The notes under the pieces are model-generated. The model was given only the letters and a program-made list of their open reading frames with translations. It did no database searches and was not told the origin of the DNA. This document shows, one piece after another, positions 38,786 through 51,590 of a stretch of DNA of 64,000 nt. The translations under genes and the position numbers were made by a program. The stretch is taken from the NCBI RefSeq assembly GCF_009914755.1, contig NC_060926.1; one strand, 5' to 3'. The number at the start of each line of letters is the position of its first letter. Position 1 is the stretch's first letter. Source of the stretch: the human T2T-CHM13v2.0 reference genome, Homo sapiens.

Positions 38786-40956
38786 ACCATCTCTTTGCTG
38801 CCTACATTATTAACATCATTTATTGTATCTTGTTTAAATGAATACATATATTTATGTGTCAGTAATTGGGCCAGATACTAAGAGGAAAAAGATGACTTTG
38901 TCATGAGTGTGCCTTGCGAGAAGCACAAGTTTAAACTGGAAAAATGTAAACAATATTATCATTTGTGTAAAATACAAAATGATGTGAGTACATAGTATCA
39001 TTGTGAAAGATATCTATGCATAACAAGATAAACACTGGGTGATAACTTTAGTGTGGAATACTCCTTTGAAGAAATCAAAATATGGGGATATTTATGTTTA
39101 TTGGAAATAAGGTGAAATAACTTTACTAATATGTTATTTTCTGGAAATAGGTGAAAGTCTACATCATTCTATGGTTCCCTTATTTTAACCTGTAATGTCA
39201 GCTCAATTTCTATTTTATGAAATGCAGATATGAATTAATCAGCTTTTATTTTATAATAGTAAGAAAATATATAGATTTTAAACATTGTTCTAATAGAAAT
39301 TGCTATTTTTAACAACTTAAAATTTATTTTATAAATGTAAGCCCAAAATATCAGCACAAAAGAAATGTCAAACTTGATTTACCCATTCCATTCTTTGGAA
39401 AACCTAGATTTTCTATCCTACAGAATGTACCTTCAGCACTTTTCTCAGTCTGTTTTAAAATAACCTCTGTGACTGAGCTTCTACCACAGTCTCAGGAACC
39501 TGTTCCATAATTCATTTATTGTTCAGAGTCAGGAAATCGCTTCAGATATTCAACTCAAATTTCCGTTACCATTATGAAAATAACTTTCCTCTATTAGGAT
39601 ATTTTATATTTATCCTATTCACTGCCTCTAAGTTTTTCCCATGCCACACAAACATGTATGTCACAAATATTTATATATTTGTGTGATTTAAGATATTAAA
39701 AATCTAAAATACAACATTTAAAAAACCGAATCTACAGTATTGGGTAATATTTTTGGTTATAGAAAGCAATCACAAAATTTTCACATTGGACTCTTTTGCA
39801 TGAGGATTTAGGGTTCTTAATTTGATAAGCCAGACAAATTATTATCAATATTATTTACAAAGATGAAAAAAAAACCTCAGGAAGGCCCAATTGTTTGCAG
39901 TAGCTATAAAAATGGCCTAAATTATCTTAAACTGCATAAACAGTTTATAATATTGTGATAATATGCAGTAACTGACTCTTTGTGTATTTTACTACTAGGG
40001 CTATATTTGAAGTCTAGTGCTCAGATATTTGATGAAGGCTCTTACAATATTCTTGTTGAGAAGATCTCCATTTGGGAGTGCAGACAATGCAGTATAAGCT
40101 GGATTATGTTATGTTGTAAAATTTTATTTTTAATGTGTATAAATTTATGTACTTGTATAGCCATATAAGGAAATTTTATTTATATTTAATTTTTAACTTT
40201 CTGTTCTTACTACTGACTTGAATGAAGACAAAGAGCATTTTTATTATGTGTGTAAAACATGGTCCATTTTGAAAGGATATTGATTATGATGGCTAAAAAC
40301 TCAAGACTCAAAATAATTTTTACAAGCTAAAGAAAATAACCTTACCAATATAAATAATTTGTATTAAACATTACAAAATATACTAAATTAAAAGGATGAG
40401 TTATTACCTTTTATTATTTTTATAACATACATCATACTTTCTGAATATATTTCATTCTTAAATGTATGCCTTTGTTAGTTCTAAACACTAGAAATGAAGG
40501 TATTTATCAAATTGTTTATGTCATTTTCAGTGTCTTCTGTAATATGGGATTATTGTATTAAATCACTTATTTAATTCATTTATAAAAATGTTAGTAAACT
40601 GCTTATTCAGAATCAGTCATTTCTGTTAGAAGATAAAAGTAATGGTTAAACTGAAAGGTCTTTTATTTTTTTCCACTATATTGAGGTAATTTTAACTATT
40701 CATTGAGATAAGAGATATTAACTAATGACTTTGATGAAATGAAACAAATGACTAGTTAAGGTAGACTCTATAGTCAAAAACTAAATAGATCATTTAAATT
40801 ACAGAACTGCTTTAAACTAATCGGATATTTTATTGTACCCTGAGAGTTTATTATAAAAATTTAGATAGGCAAAAGCCCCATCTGGCAACCGTGTTACTAC
40901 AAGCTAAGTACAGAGAATCTTGCTGCCAGCAGAGGCATTTCATGCTTCATGTCTGG

Positions 40957-40982
40957 AAAAAAAAAAAAAAAAAAAAAAAAAA
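40957..40982 (+). repeat. Isolated A26 mononucleotide run
   Basis: 26 consecutive A with no adjoining Alu or L1 body. Confidence 0.95.
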
Positions 40983-42279
40983 GCTATAATTTAGTTGTGT
41001 ATGCTTGTTCAGATGATTTCAAGTTGGTGCTTTTGATAGTGCAAGTTCCAGCTGCTCAGGCCTATGAGTCCTCTTGTGAAAAATTATGAAATCCCAGCCA
41101 AGTTAACTGCAGTCGTTTGATAGATCTCATGTATATTGGTAGGAATTGCTGTACGTTGCTGTCTTTAGAGCTAATGTTGTTTTAAAATAAGAACTATTTA
41201 AAATCATTAAGAAGAAAATCTGAGGCAAATATTTGACATTTTGTATGCATTAAATGGCTCTGTCATTTTTGAAGGTATTTTGCTAGACTAAATGAGATGT
41301 GCAAAATGCCTGTTATAATATGGATCTTTTGGAATTTAAAAGCATCTACCCAATTTGAAATGTGTACTCCATGTAGGCTATAGCTCCTTTAATGCTGAAA
41401 ATATCTTCCCCAATTAACTTAATTAACTGGAAACTGTCACTGTTGGCACTGCACTGGCATAGCCAAATACTTAAAAATGTGAAATTATTCTTGCTAGAAT
41501 AAGAAGTGGCTTGAAGGCTAACCAGGAATGTACTTAGGGGCTAGTTAACAGTATCAAGCCTAAGAGAAATTTACATTTACAGAGAAACATCATTTACTCC
41601 ATCATCATCATGAACAGTGGTAACTGATGTGAGATCAGGTGAAGGAGCACGTTATTTGCAATAGGAAACATATATTGAGTGTTCTTGTGAAGTAAGAGGC
41701 ATGAAGTACGACTACAGGGAATATTGTGGGGTGCAGGCAGCTGAGGGTAATTCTTTGCTTTAAAGGATTTCATGCAGAGAAAAATGACTCTAGATTCTGT
41801 GCCATGCCCAAGGAAGAAGCTGGATTTCATCCCAGTGCTTGTTCAAAAAATAAATGTAAAACGCACAACACGTCTACTTTGAAAGCACTAAATAGAAAAA
41901 ATTTAAAATATAAATTTAAGTACTTGAAGTGAAATACTCAAAAGATTTCATGTACCATTAAATGAAAATAATGTAGCCCTACTTATGTCTCAATAGAATC
42001 TCAATTGTAGGAGAAATAAAATTATATGAGTAAAGAAAATGAGATGTGAAATAGGTAGTAAATGGTGAATATTCATTTTAAACTGTATCTTTTTATAAAT
42101 TATTTGATTATAGGGGATTCTCTTTTACTTTCTTCTTCTATGATTACTTTTTGTAATATCTATAACTAGAATGCCAATGATTGCTGAGTGTTAAAAGAAA
42201 TTCAAACATATGATTAATGTTTGGAGTAAAGAGTAATTAATGCCCATAAGCATTTTTTCAATTTTAAATTTTAGCTAAG

Positions 42280-42740
42280 TACAGTTCAACAATATTTATG
42301 TAGCATCTCTAATGTACCTGCACTACACTCTACCTTCACAAAAATGAATCGAGCATAGTTGTGGTGTGTGGTGAGTGTCCAGCATACTGTGGCACCACAA
42401 AGAAGGAAAACAGTTCAAACTGACAGTTTAGAGGAAACTTCCTGCAACAGCTGCCACATTAAAGATGAAATAGATGAATAAAAAATAAATAAGTTAAATG
42501 ATTAATTAAATGACCTAAAACGTTTAAAGCATTTTGCCACACATTATTTCTTTTTTTTTTTTTTTCATCGGACTCTTATGGGAATTCCAGATGCTTCACA
42601 GGATATTTTTCTCATTTTGCAAATGAGAAAATTGATAGTAATGCAGTGAACACTCTTGTCTAATGTTCATATAATCCAGTGTACAACTAGTGTATTAAAG
42701 AGCATAACTCAAAGCCAGGTAATAATCTTGCTCTAAGTAT
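42280..42740 (-). mobile_element. L2 fragment (~42280-42480) and MIR fragment (~42590-42740)
   Basis: ttcaacaatatttatgtagcatct (L2). ctcattttgcaaatgagaaaattga (MIR core). Confidence 0.55.
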
Positions 42741-45700
42741 ATTCTCCCTCCTTCCCATCCCCCATCAATCTGCTTGTTAAACTCGATAAAAGCTGTCATG
42801 TAATAGGCAGTAAGTCAGCTGCCTATTGACTTGTCATACAGGTAAGATCTTTTGGTATGATGGTTTTGGTGCATATTTCCTATCTGTGGAGACTGTCACT
42901 GTTTAGAGTTTGGCATTTAATTTTCACAAGATACTGCATAGTTATCTCAGAGTTTATAAAGTACCTTTAAAACATGGTTTATGCAGATAAGTTGTTATTA
43001 CTGTTTTTCCCAGGCCGATTTCTTATGTTTAATACTCAGTGTAGTTGAGCAGCTCATTAAAGCCAACTGGACAAGGTCCTATGAAACTAGGCCACTAGGC
43101 AGTTTCCAGGGTAGCAAAGTATAGTTCCTTTCCAATGAGTAAAGCAATAGGTGCAGATCGTGAAAGGAAATATTTGGGCCATGTCCTGTTCACCTCTCAG
43201 GTTGCTTGCTCAGCTGTAAGCTTTGGTGCAATGCTATACAGATTCAACATATATTCTCGTCTATCCTTTATTACTCCAAACTCTTATGGTTACTAAGGCA
43301 CTCATTTTATAACACAATGGGATATAAAATAAATAAGAATTATTTGCCAGAAGTAATTCCTGCCTTAAATTGGACAACTCAGATGAATTCTAAATGCTTA
43401 TTTTTGTGAGAAAATAGTATTTGTCCAAATAAAAAATTAAGATTTACCATTTAATTAATGTATATTCAATATTCTAATTAATCAATCCTCCTCTTTTTCT
43501 ATTTTTGTCTCCTTCCAAACAAATTTTTATATTTAATTTAGCACTGAGTAGTCATACATAATATTTAATTGGCAGACTACCTTTATTTTTAAAGGCAAAT
43601 ATTATTCATTTAACACATTCTCTTTGTTTAAATGTCAACTACTCATCTCCCAGTTAGTTATCTTGCTTACCTTCATCTTGAATATTTCCATTTTCAGATT
43701 TCTTAATCTTATGCAACTTACTTCATAAAGTCCTAATTCATGTGTTGGATTAAGGAGAAAACATGAATAAATTAATTTTTGAACATAAATAATATGTATA
43801 TTATTATTTTTGTCACCACATAATGCCTTCTATTGATTAAGTTCCCAATACCTATATTTTTGTATTGAATCCAGGTCCAGTTTAAAAAACTGAACTCTTT
43901 TATTTTCAATAGAGAAAATACTTACATATGGAAGATATTCTGTCTTTATCAGCTCTGCTTGATACATAATTGACTAATGTTAGAAATGTTTTCAAAGGAA
44001 GAATTCCTACTGCAAATATCCATGGCTTAATAAATCTGGCATGTATTGTTCATATACAGCCGGTTAATTGGTGTCCTGACACATAGCTTCTGCATAATTC
44101 CTTCAGGTGTTAGTTCATTGTCCAGATGATTTAATATCTTTGAGTATCATTCGGTCTCATCCTTACTTTAAAATAACTGGAATTATTAGATCTGCTACTA
44201 GATGATGCTATAGGAGATATTTACATAGAATAATATATGTTACTGTATCACAAATTTGTGTTTTAAAAATGTTTGTGATAACTGTAGTTCAATGTAATTG
44301 GGTGTTTTTTGCAACCCTACACATTTTCACTGGAATGCCCAAGGGATCTATGGAACAAAGAAAGGTCAAGAACCCCTATTTTAAAATTGCCAATAACAAG
44401 CTAACGTTCACACATCACCCCCAATTCATTCTTATCCTTAACTATTTTTTTAATTATGCTTAATGCCTATGGTTTCCCTACAGAAGAGAAACAGAAAACA
44501 ACAGTTTTTTTCTTAATATGTGAATAGAATGTACTTCTATATTTATTCAGTCTTTACTTCCAAATATGCTAATTACTAAGCTTAATAAGTAATTGCATAG
44601 TTTTATCTGAATGAATTTTAGGGCATTAAATAATTCACACATTTTAAAATATACTGGCTTTAATATTTAAATCTTGAATACACTGGTTTTGATTTTGTCC
44701 TATGTTAAAGATGTCAGTATTGATAATGAACTCCTGAAAGTTCAATATTGTGATTTTCAAAGTGTGCTCATCAGCTCCTATAAACCACAAAATACATAGA
44801 TTAAAGTAATCTCTGGATACCACATCTATAAAACATGGTCTTGTGGTCTTATTAGCAAAGTGCTAGACAAAGTAGCGATTTGAAGTTTCTTTCGACTCTG
44901 AGAACAGGTATTATATTCTATATAATGCCAACATATATGTATGTATAATAAGGATGAATATTTATATTTATTCTTAATATATCACTTTTAGTATGATACA
45001 TATTTTTACACAAACAAATTGAAATTGAATTTGAAGTCTTCCAGTGGAACGTACCTAACATATTCAAATAAAGTAAAATCTCAAGTCCTGGTAAGTGTTT
45101 CTTCATCCCCATCACCAACTCCATTACTGGTATTTGGTATTAGGTACATATCCACTCCTCTTCTGGCTTCTGGCTCTGGGACATACCCAGCTGGCATAAT
45201 TGGTAGTGTGGAGAAAGGAGACAAATAGTCTTCCTACAAACCAGAAGAGGTTCTTAAGAGGCATTCCACCTTTCCAACCACTGTGACATTGAGATGGCTT
45301 ACAGTAATCTCATGCTCAGTTAAAAATGACAAAAATATTTCTCAACACTAAAATGATTCTCAAAGCCTTCTCATTTCTTGTATACACAAAGACTCAGAGA
45401 CTTGCATACACAGATAAATTTATCATCTCTTACAGAATCTTCTCAACTGATATTCTTGCTTTTTGATTTCTATCAGAAACAACCATTTCCCTTGCTATTA
45501 TTGATTAGTTATAAAATGCCATCCTTTCACCATGTAGTCCAGATACTATTAATAACTTCTTGTTGGCTCCAGGACAAATTCAACATTAGTAGCATAGTTA
45601 TCAAATCCTTGGTAGTAATGACTATGAAGAGCACCAATAAATAGCATGCTTCTTCCCTATACAGGTTCTAAAAAATTAAAATATCTGAAAAGGTCTTAAT

Positions 45701-46809
45701 AAAATGTGACTTTTATTAATGATAAAGATGAAGTTGGAAGATACAGCTTATTAAGAGGGCAAAATTGCCCTGTTAATTGAATCAGAGAATCAGGCAGATT
45801 TAGCCAATATGACACAGGGTATTTTTGTCCTTTGGGAGAAAAAATTCCACATCATCAAAATAAACTAGTAAGTGAATAAGAAAATAAGTAAGTAAGTAAG
45901 TAAATAAATATTTTAAAGCCTTAAAAGACATAACATCACATTCTGAATTTACTGCCAATTTTAAGAAGTCTTTATTTTTATAGAGGATTTGCCATAAATA
46001 CATACAATTTTTCCTTTAAATTAATGCTAAACTGTTGTTTCAATGAAGTGTTATTGAGTGCTTACTATGTTCAAAGCATTAGCCTAGGTTTTAATGGAGA
46101 AACAAAGACCAGGAACATCTCTGTCCTCGCTTAATTCATAATCTAGTGGGTAAGATGAACACATAAATAAAACCCACAATAACCCAAAACCTCTTGAATT
46201 ATGCTAAATATCAGAAATGCTATTACAGGTTAATGATGTGCTACACCAATAGGTGGGAAGAAAAGTTAATTTTCTGTTCAGCAACAGATCCTGCTTAAAA
46301 GAAATATGTTAAAATAAATTATAATTAAGATGAAGCCTGTTTCTGTACTTATCTTGATAAACCTAACATAAAGATAATATACACTGTTTATTAAAACAAA
46401 CAAAATTATTAAAACATATCTCCAGAAATATTTTGCAACTTAAAACTTTGGTAATGATTTAATTATGACACTTCATCCGATAATGCAGTACTCATAATTT
46501 TTATTAAATATACATGATCCAATAACCATTAAACTCTGAAAGCTCCTTTGAAACTAGACCTTGGCTCAGAAAAAAAAAATACATATTAGGAATTTAACAA
46601 AATGTTTTCTGAAAAATAACTTTTCACTTCTCCTTAAGAAACGTCCATTACTAGAATGTGAAAGACAAAACAAATATTTTCATTTTACAGCATAAGAAAG
46701 AGCAATAACCCCAGTAAATTTTTTCATTTCCCTCAGTTTCTTCATTAGCAGTTTCTTTACCATGTGTAATTTAAAAATAGGAAGGTAACCTAAGGATAAC
46801 AACTAATTT

Positions 46810-46900
46810 AATCCTGCATTTTTAAAGCTGAGAAATCTGGTGCTCAGAGGGAGTCACAGCTAGTCAGTGGCAGACTGGAGACGTGACCAAACTCTGGAGT
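46810..46900 (-). mobile_element. MIR fragment
   Basis: cattttt...ctgagaaatctggtgctcagaggg...gtcacagctagtcagtggcagactgg. Confidence 0.6.
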
Positions 46901-48533
46901 CTCCCTTGAGTTCCCTTCCTAGGAGGCAGTGGTGCTCTAGGGCTCAGTGTGTTTCTCTGCTTGTCTTTCTTTTTTTTTTTTTTTGTCAGCAGTTTTAAAT
47001 TTGAATCTTAATGTATCTGGAATGTGGTCAAACATTATTAAATATTTTGAACGGCACTGACCTGCCATTACCATATGATGATGTTACCAGCTGAGTGATG
47101 ATTCAGATTTGGCACATGGTTATGAGGTTAACATCTCAAGATACGACATGTAAACTAAGGTGTGTTTTATCCCCTGATTATCTCCCTCCTCCTTCTATTA
47201 TAAAACCTTTTGAATGGATTATTTTTTTTTCTTCGTACTCTTTTCTTACCTTTTAAGTTGACTTTATTCAACTTCTAGAACTTGTTTAAGCCCTCTTATT
47301 TTTCAATGAAAATGGTTTTGTTTACTTATTTTTAGTATTATTTTATATTTGGGGGTACATGTGCATGTTTATTACATGGATATATTATGTAATGGTGAGA
47401 TTTGAGCTTCTAGTGTACCCATCTACAATAGTGAGCATTGTACCCAATAGGTAATTTTTCAACCCTTATAGGTACTTTTCAGTACCTATTATTTCTGTCT
47501 TTATGTTTATGTGTACCCATTGTTTAGCTTCACTTATAGGTGAGATCATGTGGTATTTGATTTTGCGTTTGAGATATTCCACTTAGGATAACGACTTTCA
47601 TTTCCATCCATGTTGCTGCAAAGGACATGATTTTCTTTTTTATTTCTGTGTAGTGTTCCATGGGGTATATATACCACATTTTCTTCATCCAGTAATCCCT
47701 TGAAGGACAGGTTGATTCCATGACTTTGGTGTTGTGAGTAGCGCTGTGATAAACAAATTAGTGCAGGTGTCTTTATGTATATAATGATTTTTTTTTTCCT
47801 TTGGGTAGATACACAGTAGTGGAGTTGCTGAGTCAAATGGAAGTCCTCTTTTTAGTTCTTTGAGAAATCTCCATGCCGTTTCCCATAGAGGTTATGCCAG
47901 TTTACATTCCCACCTACAATGAAAAGTATCCCATTTTCTCTGCATTCATACCAACATCTGTTGTTTTTTGACTTTTTAATAATAGCTGTTCTGACTGGTG
48001 TAATATGTATTTTATTGTGGTTTTAATTTGCATTTGTCTAACAATTAGTGATGTTGAGCATTTTCTCATTTTTATTGGCTGCTTGCATGTCTTACTTTGA
48101 GAAATGTTGGTTTATGTTCTTTGCCTACTTGTTAACGGGATTATTTGTTTTTTCTTGTTGAGTTATTTTAGTTGCTTGGAAATTCTGGATATTACTCTTT
48201 AGTCAGAGGCATAATTTGCAAATATTTTCTCCTATTCTGTAGATTGTCAGTTTACTCTGCTGATTATTTCTTTTGCTGTGCAGAAGCATTTTAGTTTACT
48301 TAAGTCCCATCTGTCTATTTCTGCTTTTGTTGCTTGTGCTATCAAGGTCTTCATCGTAAATTATTTACCTAGTCCAACACCCAGAAGAGTTTTTCCTAGG
48401 CTTTCTTCTAAGATTTTTAGTTTCAGGTCTTACCATTAAGCCCTTAATCCATCTTGGTTAATTTTTGTGTATGGTGAGTAACAGGGGTCAACTTTTGTTC
48501 TTCTGCATATGGCTAGCCAATTTTCCCAGCACC

Positions 48534-48820
48534 GGTCAGGCACGGAGGCTCATACCTGTAATACCAGCACTTTGGGAAGCCAAAGCAAGAGGATTGCTTG
48601 AGCCCAAAAGTTCAAGACCAGCTCAGGAAACACAGTGAAACCCTCTCTCTACAAAAAATTTTAAGAAATTAGGCAAGCATGATGATTCATGCCTGTGGTC
48701 CCAGCTACAAGGGGAGCTGAGACTAGAGAATCACTTGAGCCTGGTAGGTTGAGGCTGCAGTGAGCTGTGTTTTCCACTGCACTCCAGCCTGGGCAACAGA
48801 GTGAGACCTTCAAAAAAATT
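48534..48820 (+). mobile_element. AluJ inserted in L1PB4
   Basis: J diagnostics ggattgcttgagccc and ggttgaggctgcagtgagc. Flanking CCAGCACC duplicated at 48526-48533 and 48821-48828. Confidence 0.88.
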
Positions 48821-51105
48821 CCAGCACCATTAATTGAGAAGGGAGTTTTTGCCCCATTGTTTATTTTTGTTGACTTTGTTGAAGAGCAGTTAGCTATAGT
48901 TATGTGGCTTTATTTCTGGGTTCTTTATTCCATTTCATTGATCTCTGTCTCTTTTTGTACCAATACCATGCAGTTTTGGTAACTATAGCCTTGAAATATA
49001 ATTTTAACTCAAGGAATTATATGCCTCTAGCTTTTTTCTTTTTTCTTAAAATTTCTTTGGCTATTTGGGCACATTTTTGGTTCCATATGAATTTTAGGAT
49101 TGTTTTCCCAACTTCTGTGAAAAATGGCATTGGTAATTGGATATGAATTTAATTGAATCTGTAGATTTCTTTGGGCAGTGTGGTCATTTTAATATTGATT
49201 CTTGAAATCTTTGAGGATGGGATGTTTATCCATTTGTTTATATCATCTATGATTTCTTTCAGCAGTACTTCGTAGTTCTCCTTGTAGAGATTATTCACTT
49301 CCTTGGTTAAATATATTCCTAGGTATTTTATTTTATTGTCAGCTATTGTAAATGAGATTGAGTTTTGAATTTGGTTGGTAGCTTGAATGTTATTAGTGTA
49401 CAGAAATGCTGCTGATTTTTGTATGTTGATTTTGTACCCTGAAACTTTACTGTAGTCGTTTATCTAGTCAGGAGTCCTTTGGAGGAGTCTTTTGGGTTTC
49501 TAGGTATAAGTTCATGTCGTAAGTGAAGAGAGATAATTTCACTTGCCGTTTTCCAATATGAATGCCTTTTATTTCTTTCTCTTACCTGATTGCTCTGGTT
49601 AGGAATTCCAGTACTGTGTTGAATAGGAGAGGTGAAAGTGGGCCTTTTTGTCTCTTTTCAGTTCTTAGGGGGAAAGTTTTCAACCTTTCCCCATTCAGTC
49701 TGATACTGGCTGTGGGTTTGTGATACATGGCTGCTAATATTTTGAGGTATTTTCTTTCCATGCCTAGTTTGTTGAGAGTTTTTATTTATGAGAGGATGTT
49801 GGAGTTTATCAAGTGATTTTTTTTATATCTATTGAGGTGGTTGTATGGTTTTTGTTTCTAATCTTATTTATGTTGTGAATCACGTTCATTGATTTGTGTA
49901 TGCTGAACCACCCTTGCATCGTGCAGTAGAAGCAAATTGATCAGGATGAATTATCTTTTCCATGTGTTGTTAGATTCTGTTTGCTAGTATTTTGGTGAGG
50001 ATTTTTGCATCTGTGTTTATCAGGGATATTTTTGTTGTTGTTGTTGTTGTTGTTGTGTCCTTCCCTGATTTTGGCATCATGGTGATACTGGATTTGCAGA
50101 CTGAGTTAGGAAGGAATGTTTCCTCCTCAATTTTTTTGGAATAGTTTCAGTAAGATTGGTACCCGTTCTTTTTGGTTGTAATAATTTTATTACAAGTTCA
50201 ATTTTAATGCTCATTCTTGCTCTTTTTAAGGTTTCTATTCCTTCTTTATTCTATCTAGGAAGGTGGTATGTTTATAAGAATGTATCCATTTCTTTAAGTT
50301 TTCTAGTTTGTGCACATGGAAATGTTCATAGTAGTCTTTCATGATGTTTTGTATTTCCGTGGTATCAACTGCACTGTTATTTTTGTCATTTTTGATTGCG
50401 CTTATTTGAATTTTGTCTCTTTTATCTGTAGTTAATCTAGCTTGTAGTCTATTGATTTTGCTTATCCTTTCAAAAATTAACTTTCAATTTCATTAATCTT
50501 AGTATCATTTCTTTATTCTCAATCTTATTTAATTTTGATCTGATCTTTGTTACTCCTTGTCTTTTCTTAGCTTGGTTTTGGTTTGTTCTTGTTTTCTGTT
50601 TTCTTGAGGTGTGACATTAAATTATTAATTTGATATCTTTCTTTTTGGTGTAGACATTTAATGCTGTAAATTCTTAGTATTGCTTTTGCTGTATCCCAGA
50701 GGTTTTGATATGTTGTTTCTCTATTTTTACTCATTTCAAAAGATGTTTTGATATCCACTTTAATTTCCTTGTTCACCCAAAAGTAATTCAGGAGCAAGTT
50801 GTTTAGGTTCTGTGTACTTTTTTGAATTTTAAGAGTTCCTCTTGGTGTTGATTTCTCATTTTAGTTCACCCTGCTTCAATAAGGTACTTGATATGATTTT
50901 GATTTTTTAAAATTTACCAAGACTTGCTTTATTGCCAGGTATATGGTCAATTTTGAAAACTGTTACACAGATGACAAAAATGTTTATTCTGCAGTTTTGG
51001 GGTAGAATGCTTTATAAATGTCCATTAATTAGTTCCATTTGGTCTAAAGTGCAGTTTAAATCCAGAATTTCTTTGTTGATTTTCTATCTCTCTATGGTAA
51101 TCTAT

Positions 51106-51590
51106 CTGGATATCCCCCTTCTACAACCACAGCTAGTGCTCTCTTGAAAGCACCACCGCCTGGCTGGAGGTCAACCAACTCAATCCATTATAGCAACTCA
51201 GAAGAGAACAACCCTGCTCCAAAGAAGGAGAAAACAATAGCTAATTCCACTGCCAGTAACACCCTGGCTAACCAGAGGTCCTGAGTCTGACTACGTGACA
51301 ACTTTAGTGCTAGCATAATTAGCATTTAAGAAAACCAGTGCACTAAACATGAGGACACAAAGGCATGAGAATAGTATAATGGACTCTGGAGACTTGGGTA
51401 AAATCGTGGGAGTGGGGTGAGGGATAAAATGCTACCCACTGGGTGCAGTGTACACTGTCTGGTGATGGGTGCACCAAAATCTCAGAAATCACCACTAAAG
51501 AACTTATCCAAACATCGTAACCAAACATGACGTGTTCCCCAAAGAACTATTAAAATTAAAAAAGACTAAATATTGATTTAACAAAAAAAA
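51106..51590 (+). mobile_element. Mini-L1PB: 5'UTR segment fused to an L1PB1-like 3'UTR, nested antisense in L1PB4
   Basis: 51106-51348 resembles the L1PB 5'UTR (ctggctggagg.caaccaac...ctggctaaccagaggtcctgagtctg). 51349-51565 is an L1PB1-type 3' end (gatgggtgcaccaaaatctca.aaatcaccactaaagaactta). Confidence 0.75.

Noticed and set aside
40900-40982. Processed pseudogene or retrocopy ending in the A26 run
   Set aside because: No poly(A) signal, TSD or recognisable transcript upstream.
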